Assembly: GCA_020442915.1 (NCBI GenBank)
Contig: JAGRJD010000022.1
Span: 4,748 to 68,747 of the forward strand
DNA length: 64,000 nucleotides
Direction: 5' to 3'
Origin: Thiothrix sp.
GTDB lineage: Bacteria; Pseudomonadota; Gammaproteobacteria; Thiotrichales; Thiotrichaceae
Numbering within the stretch: the stretch's first letter is position 1; every line of letters begins with the position of its first letter. The notes beneath the pieces are model-generated. The model was not told where the DNA came from, searched no databases, and was given only the letters and a program-made list of their open reading frames with translations. The translations under genes were made by a program, and so were the position numbers. Shown here piece after piece: positions 34,731-44,157 of this stretch.

Positions 34731-36560
34731 TTATTCCTGCTGCTGTGCTTCCAGTTGTGCCCAACGCTCAAACGCCTGTTCCAGCGTCTGCTCCAGCTGC
34801 TGCAGCTGCGCCTGAACACGGGTGATGTCGGTTGGTGCCTGCTGGTAGAAGGCCGGGTCGGAAAGTGTGGTTTGCACTTCAGCCAGTCGGGCTTCCAGCT
34901 GTTCAATGTGCTGTGGCAGCTGCTCCAGCTCGCGCCGGTCCTTGTAGCTCAGTTTGGCGGGCCTGGTGGCAGGTCTGGCTGCCGTTGTCGTGGTGTCTGC
35001 CTTGCTGCTGGTATCGGCTGGCCGGGTGGAAGTTTTTTCCGGGTTCCTGGGCAGTGATTCCGGCGGCGGACGTTGCAGCAGCCAGTCATCATAACCGCCG
35101 GCATATTCGCACAGGCCGCCGTTTTCAAACACGATGCTGCGTGTCACGACGGCATTCAGGAAGCTGCGGTCATGCGAAATCAGCAGCAGGGTGCCCTGAT
35201 AATCCACCAGCAGTTCTTCCAGCAGCTCCAGGGTTTCCGCATCCAGATCATTGGTGGGTTCGTCCAGTACCAGCAGGTTGGAGGGCCGGGCGAACAGGCG
35301 GGCCAGCAGCAGGCGGTTGCGCTCACCCCCGGAGAGCACCTTGACCGGCTTCTGGATCTGCTGCGGGGTGAACAGGAAATCCTGCAGATAGCTGATGATG
35401 TGCTTTTTCTCGCCGTTGATTTCCACGTAATCATTGCCGGGAGCAATGTTTTCACGCAGGTTCAGTTCATCATCAAACTGACTGCGATGCTGGTCGAAAT
35501 AGGCCAACTGCAGGTTGGTACCCATACGGATATCACCGCTGTCCGGTTGAATTTCACCCAGCATCAGCTTGATCAGGGTGGTTTTGCCCACACCATTGGG
35601 GCCGATAATGCCGATTTTGTCACCGCGCAGTACCAGAGTGGAAAAATCACGGATCAGGGATTGGCCATCAAAGCCATGGCTGATGTTGCGTACTTCCAGT
35701 ACCTGTTTGCCACTGGCATCGGCGGCACCGATCCGGGCCGAGACCTTACCCTGTACCTGCTGCCGTTGCCTGAAGGTCTCGCGCATGGCTTCCAGACGCC
35801 TTACCCGACCTTCATTGCGGGTGCGGCGGGCCTTGATGCCCTGACGGATCCAGGCTTCCTCTTCCGCCAGACGCCGGTCGAATTCGGCAGCCTGTCGGGC
35901 CTCGGCCTCCAGAGCAGCCTGCTTGTTGTGCTGGTATTGACGGAAATCACCCGGCCAGCTGCTCAGCTGGCCCCGGTCGAGTTCGATAATGCGGGTGGCG
36001 AGCTTCTGGACAAAGGTACGGTCATGGCTGACAAACAGCAGGCTGCGGTTGAAGCCGAGCAGAAATTCCTCCAGCCATTCAATGGCCGGAATGTCGAGGT
36101 GGTTGGTGGGCTCATCCAGCAGCAGCAGGTCCGGTTCCGCCACCAGTGCCCGTGCCAGCAATGCCCGCCGTTTCCAGCCGCCGGACAGGGCATCGAAGCG
36201 TGTCGTCCCATCAAGCTGCAGGCGTGACAGGACCGTATCCACTTTCCACTGCTGCTGCCAGTCCTCTTCCTCAGGCAGCTGTCCGGCCAGCCCGGCTGCG
36301 ACGACTTCGAACACGCTGTCAGTGAGTACATGGGGTACATCCTGCTGCAGACGGGCGATGCGCAGATCGGGAGAGTGGATGATTTCACCATCATCCGCAG
36401 TGACGTCACCGCACAGCAGTTTCATCAGGGTGGATTTGCCACTGCCGTTCCGGCCCAGCAGGCACAGGCGTTCCTGCGCCTCGATCCGCAGGTCGATGTG
36501 GTCAAACAGGGTCCGGTCGCCGGTTTCCAGGCGGATATTGCGCAGGTGTAGTAAAGCCAT
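34731..36560 (-). CDS. uup: ABC-F family ATPase (Uup-like)
   Basis: Start trimmed to the ATG at 36560. Two ABC cassettes (GRNGSGKST...LSGGWKRR; GPNGVGKTT...LSGGERNR) and a C-terminal coiled-coil domain. Confidence 0.9.
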   Translation of the reverse strand: MALLHLRNIRLETGDRTLFDHIDLRIEAQERLCLLGRNGSGKSTLMKLLCGDVTADDGEIIHSPDLRIARLQQDVPHVLTDSVFEVVAAGLAGQLPEEEDWQQQWKVDTVLSRLQLDGTTRFDALSGGWKRRALLARALVAEPDLLLLDEPTNHLDIPAIEWLEEFLLGFNRSLLFVSHDRTFVQKLATRIIELDRGQLSSWPGDFRQYQHNKQAALEAEARQAAEFDRRLAEEEAWIRQGIKARRTRNEGRVRRLEAMRETFRQRQQVQGKVSARIGAADASGKQVLEVRNISHGFDGQSLIRDFSTLVLRGDKIGIIGPNGVGKTTLIKLMLGEIQPDSGDIRMGTNLQLAYFDQHRSQFDDELNLRENIAPGNDYVEINGEKKHIISYLQDFLFTPQQIQKPVKVLSGGERNRLLLARLFARPSNLLVLDEPTNDLDAETLELLEELLVDYQGTLLLISHDRSFLNAVVTRSIVFENGGLCEYAGGYDDWLLQRPPPESLPRNPEKTSTRPADTSSKADTTTTAARPATRPAKLSYKDRRELEQLPQHIEQLEARLAEVQTTLSDPAFYQQAPTDITRVQAQLQQLEQTLEQAFERWAQLEAQQQE

Positions 36561-36639
36561 GTGGCGGATTATCCCAGCATGCCCTGCTGCTGACCAGTCC
36601 CCGGTTCCCAAAATTTCGGGGTCGGGGGCTGGCTGAACC

Positions 36640-37539
36640 TCAGGTCTCCTGCTGCAGCAGGTGCATTGCTGCCTGCAGACGCCGGCTGTGCTCGCTCAGG
36701 GATTGCAGGGACTGGCGCAGGGCCTGTACCTGCCGGTGCGCCTCATCCAGTTCGGTTTGCTGCCACAGGATGGCCAGCGTGCGGCGTCTTTGCTCACGTT
36801 CGGCCTGACGTTTTGCCGCCCAGACAGGATCAAGCCGGGTGGTGACGGCGGGGCGGCCATGACGGTACTGAAAATCCACCACGGTTTCACGGAACAGCTT
36901 TTCCATGTCAGCTTCGGCCTGCCGGAAGACTTCCGGGCTGTTTGTACGCAGGCGGGTGCGGAAATAATCACGCACGGCTGGCGGTAATTCCAGCAGGTCA
37001 TGGCGACCATTTCGGGGTGGTTCCAGCAGTTTCAAACGGCGCAGGTTTTCAATCACCCAGTGCCAGTGTTCCTCACTCAGGCGCCCGAGCGGCCCCAGAA
37101 AGCGCACGTACTCGTCACGCCGGGTCAGCCAGCGCTCCATCAGGGTAGAGCGAAACACGGCTTTCAGCGGTTGTTGCGGAACCGGCTGGTCACTCAGGCT
37201 CAGCAGCGTCAGCAGGGTCAGGTCCGATGAGCCCTGCATCTTGTTTTCAAAGGCTGCCAGCACCTGGCGCACGGCCTGTATGGCCGGATCGGCACCGGCA
37301 GACAGCGGAAGCACCGGCAGGGTGTCGAGCCCGTTGAGACGGCCCGCGTACCAGCGTCTGAGGTAGGTGGCCAGCAGGCTCAGAGCCATGGTATTGGCCT
37401 GATAGCGCTCAACCACCTGACGCAGCCGCTCCGGGGAACCCTTGATGCCGGCAGCCGACAGCAGCGTCAGGCCCTGCTCCTGGTCTGCCTGTGTCAGGTG
37501 AGTGATCATCAGGTGTGATTCTGTGGATGAAGCTGACAT
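36640..37539 (-). CDS. hypothetical protein resembling the winged-helix/arm region of a STAND (NB-ARC-type) NTPase, without the NTPase domain
   Basis: ...LTQADQEQGLTLLSAAGIKGSPERLRQVVERYQANTMALSLLATYL... follows the 'L-x-L..ea..LL....G.PLAL..la.yL' pattern. No Walker A or B motif occurs anywhere in the ORF or upstream of it. The C-terminus is a coiled coil. Confidence 0.45.
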   Translation of the reverse strand: MSASSTESHLMITHLTQADQEQGLTLLSAAGIKGSPERLRQVVERYQANTMALSLLATYLRRWYAGRLNGLDTLPVLPLSAGADPAIQAVRQVLAAFENKMQGSSDLTLLTLLSLSDQPVPQQPLKAVFRSTLMERWLTRRDEYVRFLGPLGRLSEEHWHWVIENLRRLKLLEPPRNGRHDLLELPPAVRDYFRTRLRTNSPEVFRQAEADMEKLFRETVVDFQYRHGRPAVTTRLDPVWAAKRQAEREQRRRTLAILWQQTELDEAHRQVQALRQSLQSLSEHSRRLQAAMHLLQQET

Positions 37540-37596
37540 GTATGCCCCTTTTCAGATAAGCCCCGGTCGGTTGTTTCCGGTTGGTCCGGCCATTTT

Positions 37597-38022
37597 TTAA
37601 TTGGATGGATGACTGCCGGATGAATGAGCGTCTGTTGACAGCTGTTCCGCTGCCGGGTCCGGGTGCTCGACCAGCTCGTCAGCAACCAGCTGTTCCGGTG
37701 TGAGCTTGCGCGTCAGCCCGGAGGCTTCAGGCGGTGGTTCCATACCACCGGCTTCGATCACACCGGTTGTGGATGGCTCCATGTCGCTGAGACCTGACGT
37801 CATGTTGGTACGGCAGTCATCCATGTAGCGGGCGTAATCGGCTGGTGTGACTTCATCTTCACTGGCATAGGATTCGCACAGGGCATCAACCCCCTCATCC
37901 ACGGATTCCATGGCCACTTCGGCCTCCCCCGGCTCATCCGCTGGCAGGATGGTATCCTCGGCCTGAAGTGTGGCCGTGAACATGAAACAGGCCAGCAGGA
38001 GCTGACCGGAAGCTTTCTTCAT
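37597..38022 (-). CDS. hypothetical secreted acidic protein
   Basis: Start trimmed to the ATG at 38022. Signal peptide MKKASGQLLLACFMFTATLQA-ED. The mature part is rich in Asp and Glu with two Cys. No recognisable family. Confidence 0.5.
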   Translation of the reverse strand: MKKASGQLLLACFMFTATLQAEDTILPADEPGEAEVAMESVDEGVDALCESYASEDEVTPADYARYMDDCRTNMTSGLSDMEPSTTGVIEAGGMEPPPEASGLTRKLTPEQLVADELVEHPDPAAEQLSTDAHSSGSHPSN

Positions 38023-38162
38023 ATTGACCTCAATGCATTGTTCAGGATGGGCGAAAGCCCACTTCACCGGTTTGACTGTCCGCGTGCAGATTCGTTCTGC
38101 TTTCCCATCCCGTGCAGCCCTGAACCTGCCGTGCGGTGCCTGTTCGTATGCAGTGCACCTGC

Positions 38163-39806
38163 TCAGTCATCGCTGGAAATCACCGCCTGTTTGATATTCA
38201 GCAACTCATGGGACAGGGCCAGACGGGTGTCCTGATCCTGAACCGCTTTCAGCCAGGTATTGGCCGCCTCCATCTGCCCGGTGTCCATGGCCATTCCAGC
38301 CATCCGGACCACCAGCCGGTAATGTTCCAGCGGTGTGTCAGGCTGTTGGCTTTTTACCAGCTCGTCGGCCTGTGCCGTCAACTGGCTGATACCGGCCTGG
38401 TTGCCTGTGCGCAGCTGGCCCTGCAACATGTAACGCAGTTTCTCCAGCCGGTCAATCACTGGCAGTTTTTCCCGCTCCAGGGCGTCAATACTTTTGCCCA
38501 GTGCCATGCGGGCATTCTCCTGCTGCCCGAGCAGGGTATAGGAGCCCGCCAGATTGGACAATACCAGCGCTTCATCCGGGCTTTCCGTTGTACGGGCGGC
38601 CAGATTCCGGATGCCGGTGACTATTTCATTGCTGAATTCCCGGCGTTGAGCCGGATTCTCCAGGGCCAGCAGCTGGGTGAGCAGCCAGGAGCGCAGATTG
38701 GGGTTTTTCTGTTCGTCGGCATAAACCAGTGCCAGCCGGGGGCGTCCCAGCTCAATCAGGCGCTTGATGGAGGCTCTGTGCTGGGCCAGCTGATCGGTAT
38801 CGGTCTCGCCCATGTGTGTGCTCATCGCGGGCGGGTGCAGGGCATTGATCAGGTGTTCGCGTTCTTTGGCAGGGATGGCCGTCCCCTTGGCAGGGGCTCC
38901 GGCATCCACGCCCTGGGCAAGTTCGCTGTCAGCGGAAAGCTCGGGTGCAAGCTGCCGGGCCATGGCCAGTATATTGCCGCCAACCTGTCCCTGAACCATG
39001 GGCAGGCCGGTTTCCGGGTCAAGGCCGCTGCGGGTGCCGTTTGCCTGACGGGCCGCCTGTGTGACCGTGGAAAATTCGAGGCCACCCGGCTGGGGGGCGG
39101 CTCCGGACAGACCGGACTTGGCCCCGCGTGCACCAGGCTCTGCTGCCTGAGTAGGGGACGGCACCTCAGTATCATCCAGTAACAAGGTATTGGCCGCATA
39201 ATAACCGCCAACGCTCATGGCCATCACGACCACCGCCGAGACGGCATAATCCAGGGTTCGGGTCTGGCGCTTGAAACCCAGTCGCTGACGGGCTTCTTCG
39301 CGCAGGTGTTGCTGATCTTCAGCTTCGGCCCGTTCCCGCGTTTCCTTGAGCTGCTGTTCCCGCGTCAGCTCCAGTTTCTTTTTTTCTTTTTCGTAGATGG
39401 CCTGGCGCTGCTGTTCCCGTCGGTATTTTTCCCCGAAAACACCGCATTTTTCACATTTCTGTTCCGGATTCAGGGGTTGTTCGTGTTTGCAGGCTGGGCA
39501 GGTGTAGGTTTCCTCATCCTTCGAGGTGTCCTTTGCGACCAGTCCCAGGGCCGGACGCAGCTCGGTGGTGACTTGCTGCTCCAGAAACAGCTGCCGGATT
39601 TTTTCTCCGTCCGCCTGGGTCAGGTCTTCCAGTACCGCCGTCTTGTTGGCGCTGTTGGCACCGAACAGCAGGGCTTCGGAGAGCTTGTATTCCAGATAGG
39701 GATCATCCTTGCGTTGCAGCAGGTGCAGCAGGTCATTGACCAGCTGTTCAACCTTTTTTTCTGAATGGTGCTGAAGAACGACCAGATCGTAACGTACATC
39801 AGGCAT
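38163..39806 (-). CDS. hypothetical single-pass membrane protein: L7/L12-CTD-like N-domain, zinc ribbon, charged coiled coil, TM helix, periplasmic helical (TPR-like) repeats
   Basis: CPACKHEQPLNPEQKCEKCG zinc ribbon. A K/E/R/Q-rich segment. TM helix YAVSAVVVMAMSVGGYYAANTLL. The C-terminal 250 aa or so are helical-repeat-like. Confidence 0.6.
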   Translation of the reverse strand: MPDVRYDLVVLQHHSEKKVEQLVNDLLHLLQRKDDPYLEYKLSEALLFGANSANKTAVLEDLTQADGEKIRQLFLEQQVTTELRPALGLVAKDTSKDEETYTCPACKHEQPLNPEQKCEKCGVFGEKYRREQQRQAIYEKEKKKLELTREQQLKETRERAEAEDQQHLREEARQRLGFKRQTRTLDYAVSAVVVMAMSVGGYYAANTLLLDDTEVPSPTQAAEPGARGAKSGLSGAAPQPGGLEFSTVTQAARQANGTRSGLDPETGLPMVQGQVGGNILAMARQLAPELSADSELAQGVDAGAPAKGTAIPAKEREHLINALHPPAMSTHMGETDTDQLAQHRASIKRLIELGRPRLALVYADEQKNPNLRSWLLTQLLALENPAQRREFSNEIVTGIRNLAARTTESPDEALVLSNLAGSYTLLGQQENARMALGKSIDALEREKLPVIDRLEKLRYMLQGQLRTGNQAGISQLTAQADELVKSQQPDTPLEHYRLVVRMAGMAMDTGQMEAANTWLKAVQDQDTRLALSHELLNIKQAVISSDD

Positions 39807-39911
39807 TATGCTAGACCTTGTTGTTATGGCATCAGATTTATAATTTTTATGTATCCGGTAAGGTTAGCCTTTGAGCGCAGGGCTGTAAACTGTTTCCCTG
39901 CAAGCGGTGGA

Positions 39912-40163
39912 TCAGGAGGGTGGGGGATGGTTCTGCCGGCGGCAACAGGGGGGATCCGGAACCGGATCCAGCCCGCCTTCATGCCAGGGGTTGCAGCGCA
40001 GAATGCGCCTGATACCCAGCCAGCTGCCCCGGAGTGCACCGTGTTTTTCCAGCGCTTCCAGCATGTAATGGGAGCAGCTGGGATAAAAGCGGCAGTTATT
40101 GCCCAGAAACGGACTGAAGAACAGCTGGTAGCCCCGTACCATGCCTTTGAGCAGCCTTTTCAT
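39912..40163 (-). CDS. yidD: membrane protein insertion efficiency factor YidD
   Basis: [31 protein letters not shown]...[14 protein letters not shown] is the YidD signature. 83 aa. Confidence 0.9.
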   Translation of the reverse strand: MKRLLKGMVRGYQLFFSPFLGNNCRFYPSCSHYMLEALEKHGALRGSWLGIRRILRCNPWHEGGLDPVPDPPCCRRQNHPPPS

Positions 40164-41170
40164 CGCCCGACTGCACCATTTGGGTGTTTGTGCGGCTGAA
40201 GCACTTCCGGATTGGCGATATTGTGCGCCTGACCGGATGCGAAAGCATTCACGCTCTCGAAGGCTGCCTGAAAGTACAGCTCGTAACTGTTTTTCTCCAC
40301 ATAGCCCAGATGCGGCAGGCCCAGGACATTGGGCAATTGCAGCAGGGGTTCGTTCGCCGGTGTGGCGGGTTCATGCGCATAGACATCCAGAGCCGCCATG
40401 CCGGGATGGCCGGCCTGCAGGGCATGGTGCAGGGCACCAGGCTCGATCAGCTCGGCCCGTGCGGTATTGACCAGCAGGGCATCCGCCTTCATGCGCAGCA
40501 GGTCTTCGCGGGTGACACAGGCACGGGTGGTATCATTCAGGCGCAGGTGCAGGCTCAGCACATCGCTTTGAGCAAAGAAGTCAGCCCGGCTGGCCGCAGC
40601 GGCATAACCGTCTGTTACCGCCCGGGTGCGTGAATCTTCACTGCCCCAGACCAGTACCGGCATGGCAAAGGCCCGTCCGAAGGCGGCGATGCGCTGGCCG
40701 ATTTTGCCGTAGCCCCAGATGCCGAGGGTCAGCCCGTTCAGGGTCCGCCCCAGACCCGGTGTGCCGGAATCCTGCCAGTGTCCGGCGTGCAGGCGCGAGG
40801 CATAAGGCACCAGATGGCGGCTGGCAGCCATGATCAGACCCCAGCATAGCTCTGCCGGAGCCACGGGGGAACCGATACCTTCGGCAACGGCCACACCATG
40901 GTGGCTGCAGGCTGTAAGGTCGATATGGTGGCTGAGCTTGCCGGTCTGGCTGATAAATTTCAGTGCCGGCAGGCGTGCCAGCAGCGCCTCGCTGATGGCT
41001 GTCCGCTCCCGGATCAGGATCAGGGCTTCCCGGTCCTGCAGGCGTGCCGCCAGCCTGTCCAGGGTGTCAGGCGTGTCCGTGAAAATGCTGACATCATGTC
41101 CGGCCAGCAGCCTGAAGCAGTCCAGCTGGCTGACAGCATTCTGGTAATCATCGAGAATGGCAATTTTCAT
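40160..41170 (-). CDS. D-isomer-specific 2-hydroxyacid dehydrogenase family protein
   Basis: NAD-binding motif [14 protein letters not shown]. It has the catalytic R...E...H arrangement. Its stop overlaps the yidD start (ATGA). Confidence 0.85.
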   Translation of the reverse strand: MKIAILDDYQNAVSQLDCFRLLAGHDVSIFTDTPDTLDRLAARLQDREALILIRERTAISEALLARLPALKFISQTGKLSHHIDLTACSHHGVAVAEGIGSPVAPAELCWGLIMAASRHLVPYASRLHAGHWQDSGTPGLGRTLNGLTLGIWGYGKIGQRIAAFGRAFAMPVLVWGSEDSRTRAVTDGYAAAASRADFFAQSDVLSLHLRLNDTTRACVTREDLLRMKADALLVNTARAELIEPGALHHALQAGHPGMAALDVYAHEPATPANEPLLQLPNVLGLPHLGYVEKNSYELYFQAAFESVNAFASGQAHNIANPEVLQPHKHPNGAVGR

Positions 41171-41203
41171 GGGAGCAGGCTCATGGGTTCGGCAGGTCGT
41201 GGA

Positions 41204-41626
41204 TCAGTGTGTGTACAGGGTGTCCGGATCGACCAGCGGCTCCCGGTCGATGATTACCTTATCACCCGCCACTTTGCGGTAAAAACAGTCACGTCGTCCG
41301 GTGTGACAGGCCGCGCCCAGTTGGTCGACTCGCAGCAGCAGGGTGTCCAGGTCACAGTCCAGACGCATTTCCACCAGGGTCTGGTGCTGCCCCGAGGTCT
41401 CGCCCTTGCGCCAGAAGGACTGGCGTGAGCGGGACCAGTAGCACACTTGTCCGGTCTGCAGGGTTTCCTCAATGCTGGCCCGGTTCATCCAGGCCAGCAT
41501 CAGTACTTCACCGGTATCATGCTGTTGGGCAATGGCCGGGATCAGGCCGTCTGCCGTGTATCTGAGCTGTGCCAGTATGGCGGTCAGGGCTTCCGGCGTG
41601 CTGGCGGCTGCTGGTGCTGCGGTCAT
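41204..41626 (-). CDS. hisI: phosphoribosyl-AMP cyclohydrolase
   Basis: GLIPAIAQQHDTGEVLMLAWMNRASIEETL...WRKGETSGQHQ...DCDLDTLLLRV...ACHTG. 140 aa. Confidence 0.9.
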   Translation of the reverse strand: MTAAPAAASTPEALTAILAQLRYTADGLIPAIAQQHDTGEVLMLAWMNRASIEETLQTGQVCYWSRSRQSFWRKGETSGQHQTLVEMRLDCDLDTLLLRVDQLGAACHTGRRDCFYRKVAGDKVIIDREPLVDPDTLYTH

Positions 41627-41997
41627 CAGATCACCTGTCCCGGCTGCTTGCGCTGGTAGCCCCGGGCCTTGAGTTTGTCCAGGTAGGCCGGCCAGTACTG
41701 CTCCTGATGTTTCCCCAGGTCGTAGAGCAGGTTCCAGTCGTACAGGCCACTGTCATGGTTGTCATCAAACACCAGCTTGACGGCATAGTGGCCGACCGGT
41801 TCAATGGCGGTGATGTTCACGTTTTCCTTGCCGAGCTGGAGCGTTTCCTGACCGGGACCATGGCCGCGCACTTCCGCAGAAGGTGAATGTACGCGCAGGT
41901 ATTCACAGCTCAGGGTGTGTACCTCGCCATTCGGCCAGGTCAGCTGCAGCTCTCGGCTTTTCTGGTTCAGGGTAATGTCGGTGGGGGTCATGTTCAT
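41626..41997 (-). CDS. DUF971 (gamma-butyrobetaine hydroxylase-like N-terminal domain) protein
   Basis: ...LQLTWPNGEVHTLSCEYLRVHSPSAEVRGHG...YAVKLVFDDNHDSGLYDW is typical of DUF971. 123 aa. Confidence 0.8.
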   Translation of the reverse strand: MNMTPTDITLNQKSRELQLTWPNGEVHTLSCEYLRVHSPSAEVRGHGPGQETLQLGKENVNITAIEPVGHYAVKLVFDDNHDSGLYDWNLLYDLGKHQEQYWPAYLDKLKARGYQRKQPGQVI

Positions 41998-42000
41998 TCC

Positions 42001-43371
42001 TCACAGGATATAGCGACTCAGATCTTCATCCTTGACCAGTTCTCCCAAGGTGTCATTGACAAATGCCGCATCAATTATTTTTTCTGCCGCACAGTCCGGG
42101 GCTTCAAACAGGATGTTTTCCAGTAGCCGTTCCATGACGGTATGCAGACGCCGGGCACCGATGTTTTCGGTCCGTTCGTTGACCTCGAAGGCAATCTCGG
42201 CAATCCGGCGCACACCGTCCGCTTCAAATTTCAGGTTGACACCCTCGGTCCGGAGCAGGCCGACGTACTGTTCGGTCAGGGAGGCATAAGGCTCGGTCAG
42301 GATGCGCTCGAAGTCATTGGCGCTCAGGGCATCCATTTCCACCCGGATGGGCAGGCGTCCCTGCAGCTCCGGAATCAGGTCGGAAGGCCTGGAAACATGG
42401 AAGGCGCCGGAGGCAATAAACAGGATATGATCAGTTCGGACCATGCCGTACTTGGTATTGACGGTGCTGCCTTCAATCAGCGGCAGCAGGTCACGCTGCA
42501 CCCCTTCACGTGACACGTCGGCACCACCACTGGCCTGGCCACCGCTGCGTGCCACCTTGTCGATTTCATCCAGGAACACGATGCCGTTCTGTTCCACGGC
42601 ATGCAGGGCGCGTTGCTTGAGCTCTTCTTCATTGACCAGTTTATAGGCTTCTTCTTCAGTCAGGAGCTTCATGGCTTCCCGGATGCGGAGTTTGCGCCGG
42701 CGTTTACGGTTGTTGCCGATGTTCTGGAACATGCTCTGGAGCTGGCTGGCCATTTCCTCCATGCCGGGCGGTGTCATGATCTCCACACCGAGGTTGCTGG
42801 CTGAAACGTCGATTTCGATTTCCTTGTCATCCAAGTCGCCTTCACGCAGTTTTTTGCGGAATTTCTGGCGTGTGGGATTTTCTTCCTGGGGCTTGATCTT
42901 GCCGGCTTCGTCCACTTCCAGTGCGACCCACTCGTTGTGTTGCGGGTCTTTTCTGGGGCCGGGCAGCAGAATGTCGAGAATGCGCTCTTCAGCCGCCTCC
43001 TCGGCCCGGAACCGTACCTTGTCGACCTCCTGTTCACGCAACATCTTGACTGCGACATCCGCCAGATCGCGGATAATGGAGTCCACTTCCTTGCCGACAT
43101 AACCGACTTCGGTGAACTTGGTGGCCTCCACCTTGATGAAGGGGGCGTTGGCCAGCCGGGCCAGCCGGCGGGCAATTTCCGTCTTGCCCACACCGGTCGG
43201 GCCGATCATGAGGATATTTTTCGGTGTGACTTCATGCCGGATGCTGTCATCCAGTTGCTGCCTGCGCCAGCGGTTGCGCAAGGCAATGGCAACCGAGCGC
43301 TTGGCCTTGTCCTGCCCGATCACATGCTGGTCCAGCTCCTGTACGATTTCGCGCGGGGTCATGGTGGACAT
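42001..43371 (-). CDS. hslU: ATP-dependent protease ATPase subunit HslU
   Basis: [34 protein letters not shown]...[15 protein letters not shown]. 456 aa. Confidence 0.97.
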   Translation of the reverse strand: MSTMTPREIVQELDQHVIGQDKAKRSVAIALRNRWRRQQLDDSIRHEVTPKNILMIGPTGVGKTEIARRLARLANAPFIKVEATKFTEVGYVGKEVDSIIRDLADVAVKMLREQEVDKVRFRAEEAAEERILDILLPGPRKDPQHNEWVALEVDEAGKIKPQEENPTRQKFRKKLREGDLDDKEIEIDVSASNLGVEIMTPPGMEEMASQLQSMFQNIGNNRKRRRKLRIREAMKLLTEEEAYKLVNEEELKQRALHAVEQNGIVFLDEIDKVARSGGQASGGADVSREGVQRDLLPLIEGSTVNTKYGMVRTDHILFIASGAFHVSRPSDLIPELQGRLPIRVEMDALSANDFERILTEPYASLTEQYVGLLRTEGVNLKFEADGVRRIAEIAFEVNERTENIGARRLHTVMERLLENILFEAPDCAAEKIIDAAFVNDTLGELVKDEDLSRYIL

Positions 43372-43374
43372 GGC

Positions 43375-43908
43375 TTACAGTTCCTCGATAGTCAGGTTGT
43401 TGTTGCTGTAAATGCAGATGTCGGCGGCAATTTCCAGCCCCTTCTGCACAATGTCACGGGCGCTGAGATCGGTATTTTCCAGCAGGGCACGGGCAGCGGC
43501 CTGGGCGAAGGCGCCACCGGAGCCGATGGCAATCAGGTCATGCTCCTGTTCGACGACATCACCGTTGCCGGTGATCAGCAGTGAGGCGGTATTGTCCGCC
43601 ACAATCAGCATGGCTTCCAGCCGGCGCAGCATGCGGTCGGTACGCCAGTCCTTGGCCAGCTCCACTGCCGAGCGGGTCAGGTTGCCGTTGTACTGCTGCA
43701 GTTTGGATTCAAAGCGTTCAAACAGGGTGAAGGCATCTGCCGTTCCGCCTGCAAAGCCGGCCAGCACCCTGTCATCATACAGGCGTCTGACCTTGCGTGC
43801 ATTGCCTTTCATGACGGTATTCCCGAGTGTGACCTGTCCATCGCCACCGATCACCACACTGTTGTGCCGGCGGACACTCAGGATGGTTGTCCCTCTGAAC
43901 TGTTCCAA
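43375..43908 (-). CDS. hslV: ATP-dependent protease subunit HslV (TTG start preferred over the upstream ATG at 43938)
   Basis: The TTG at 43908 gives [14 protein letters not shown]..., the conserved N-terminus exposing the catalytic Thr. A GGAG Shine-Dalgarno lies 6 nt upstream. The ATG at 43938 lies within a few nt of the sigma32-type -10 element. Confidence 0.9.
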   Translation of the reverse strand: MEQFRGTTILSVRRHNSVVIGGDGQVTLGNTVMKGNARKVRRLYDDRVLAGFAGGTADAFTLFERFESKLQQYNGNLTRSAVELAKDWRTDRMLRRLEAMLIVADNTASLLITGNGDVVEQEHDLIAIGSGGAFAQAAARALLENTDLSARDIVQKGLEIAADICIYSNNNLTIEEL

Positions 43909-43942
43909 GACTTTCTCCAGTACATGCTTCGATTGCATCTGA

Positions 43943-43970
43943 TATATGGGAGCCGGACAGGAATTTCAAG
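43943..43970 (-). promoter_or_regulatory. sigma32 (heat-shock) type promoter for hslVU
   Basis: The minus strand reads CTTGAAA (43970-43964), then 13 nt, then CCCATATA (43950-43943). The E. coli sigma32 consensus is CTTGAAA-N13/14-CCCCATnT, and hslVU is a classic sigma32 regulon member. Confidence 0.5.
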
Positions 43971-44157
43971 CCCGTGCCTGAAATGTGCGGGGTGGTGCGC
44001 CAATCCGTTCTTGCTGCTGCAGCGGGAATGCTACACTCTGGTGGCTATCTGGCCTGTCCGGCCTGTTTTTAGGGATTGGCGCACCCGTTGTACTTGCTGG
44101 TTTGCTGTGCAGGCAACACCGTGCAGTGCGGGGTGTGGTTTTGATGATGGAAACGAT

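Noticed and set aside
36561-36639. The hairpin CCCCG-N13-CGGGG between the STAND-arm gene and uup, considered as a terminator.
   Set aside because: It has only 5 uninterrupted base pairs, a large loop and no U-tract. The evidence is insufficient.
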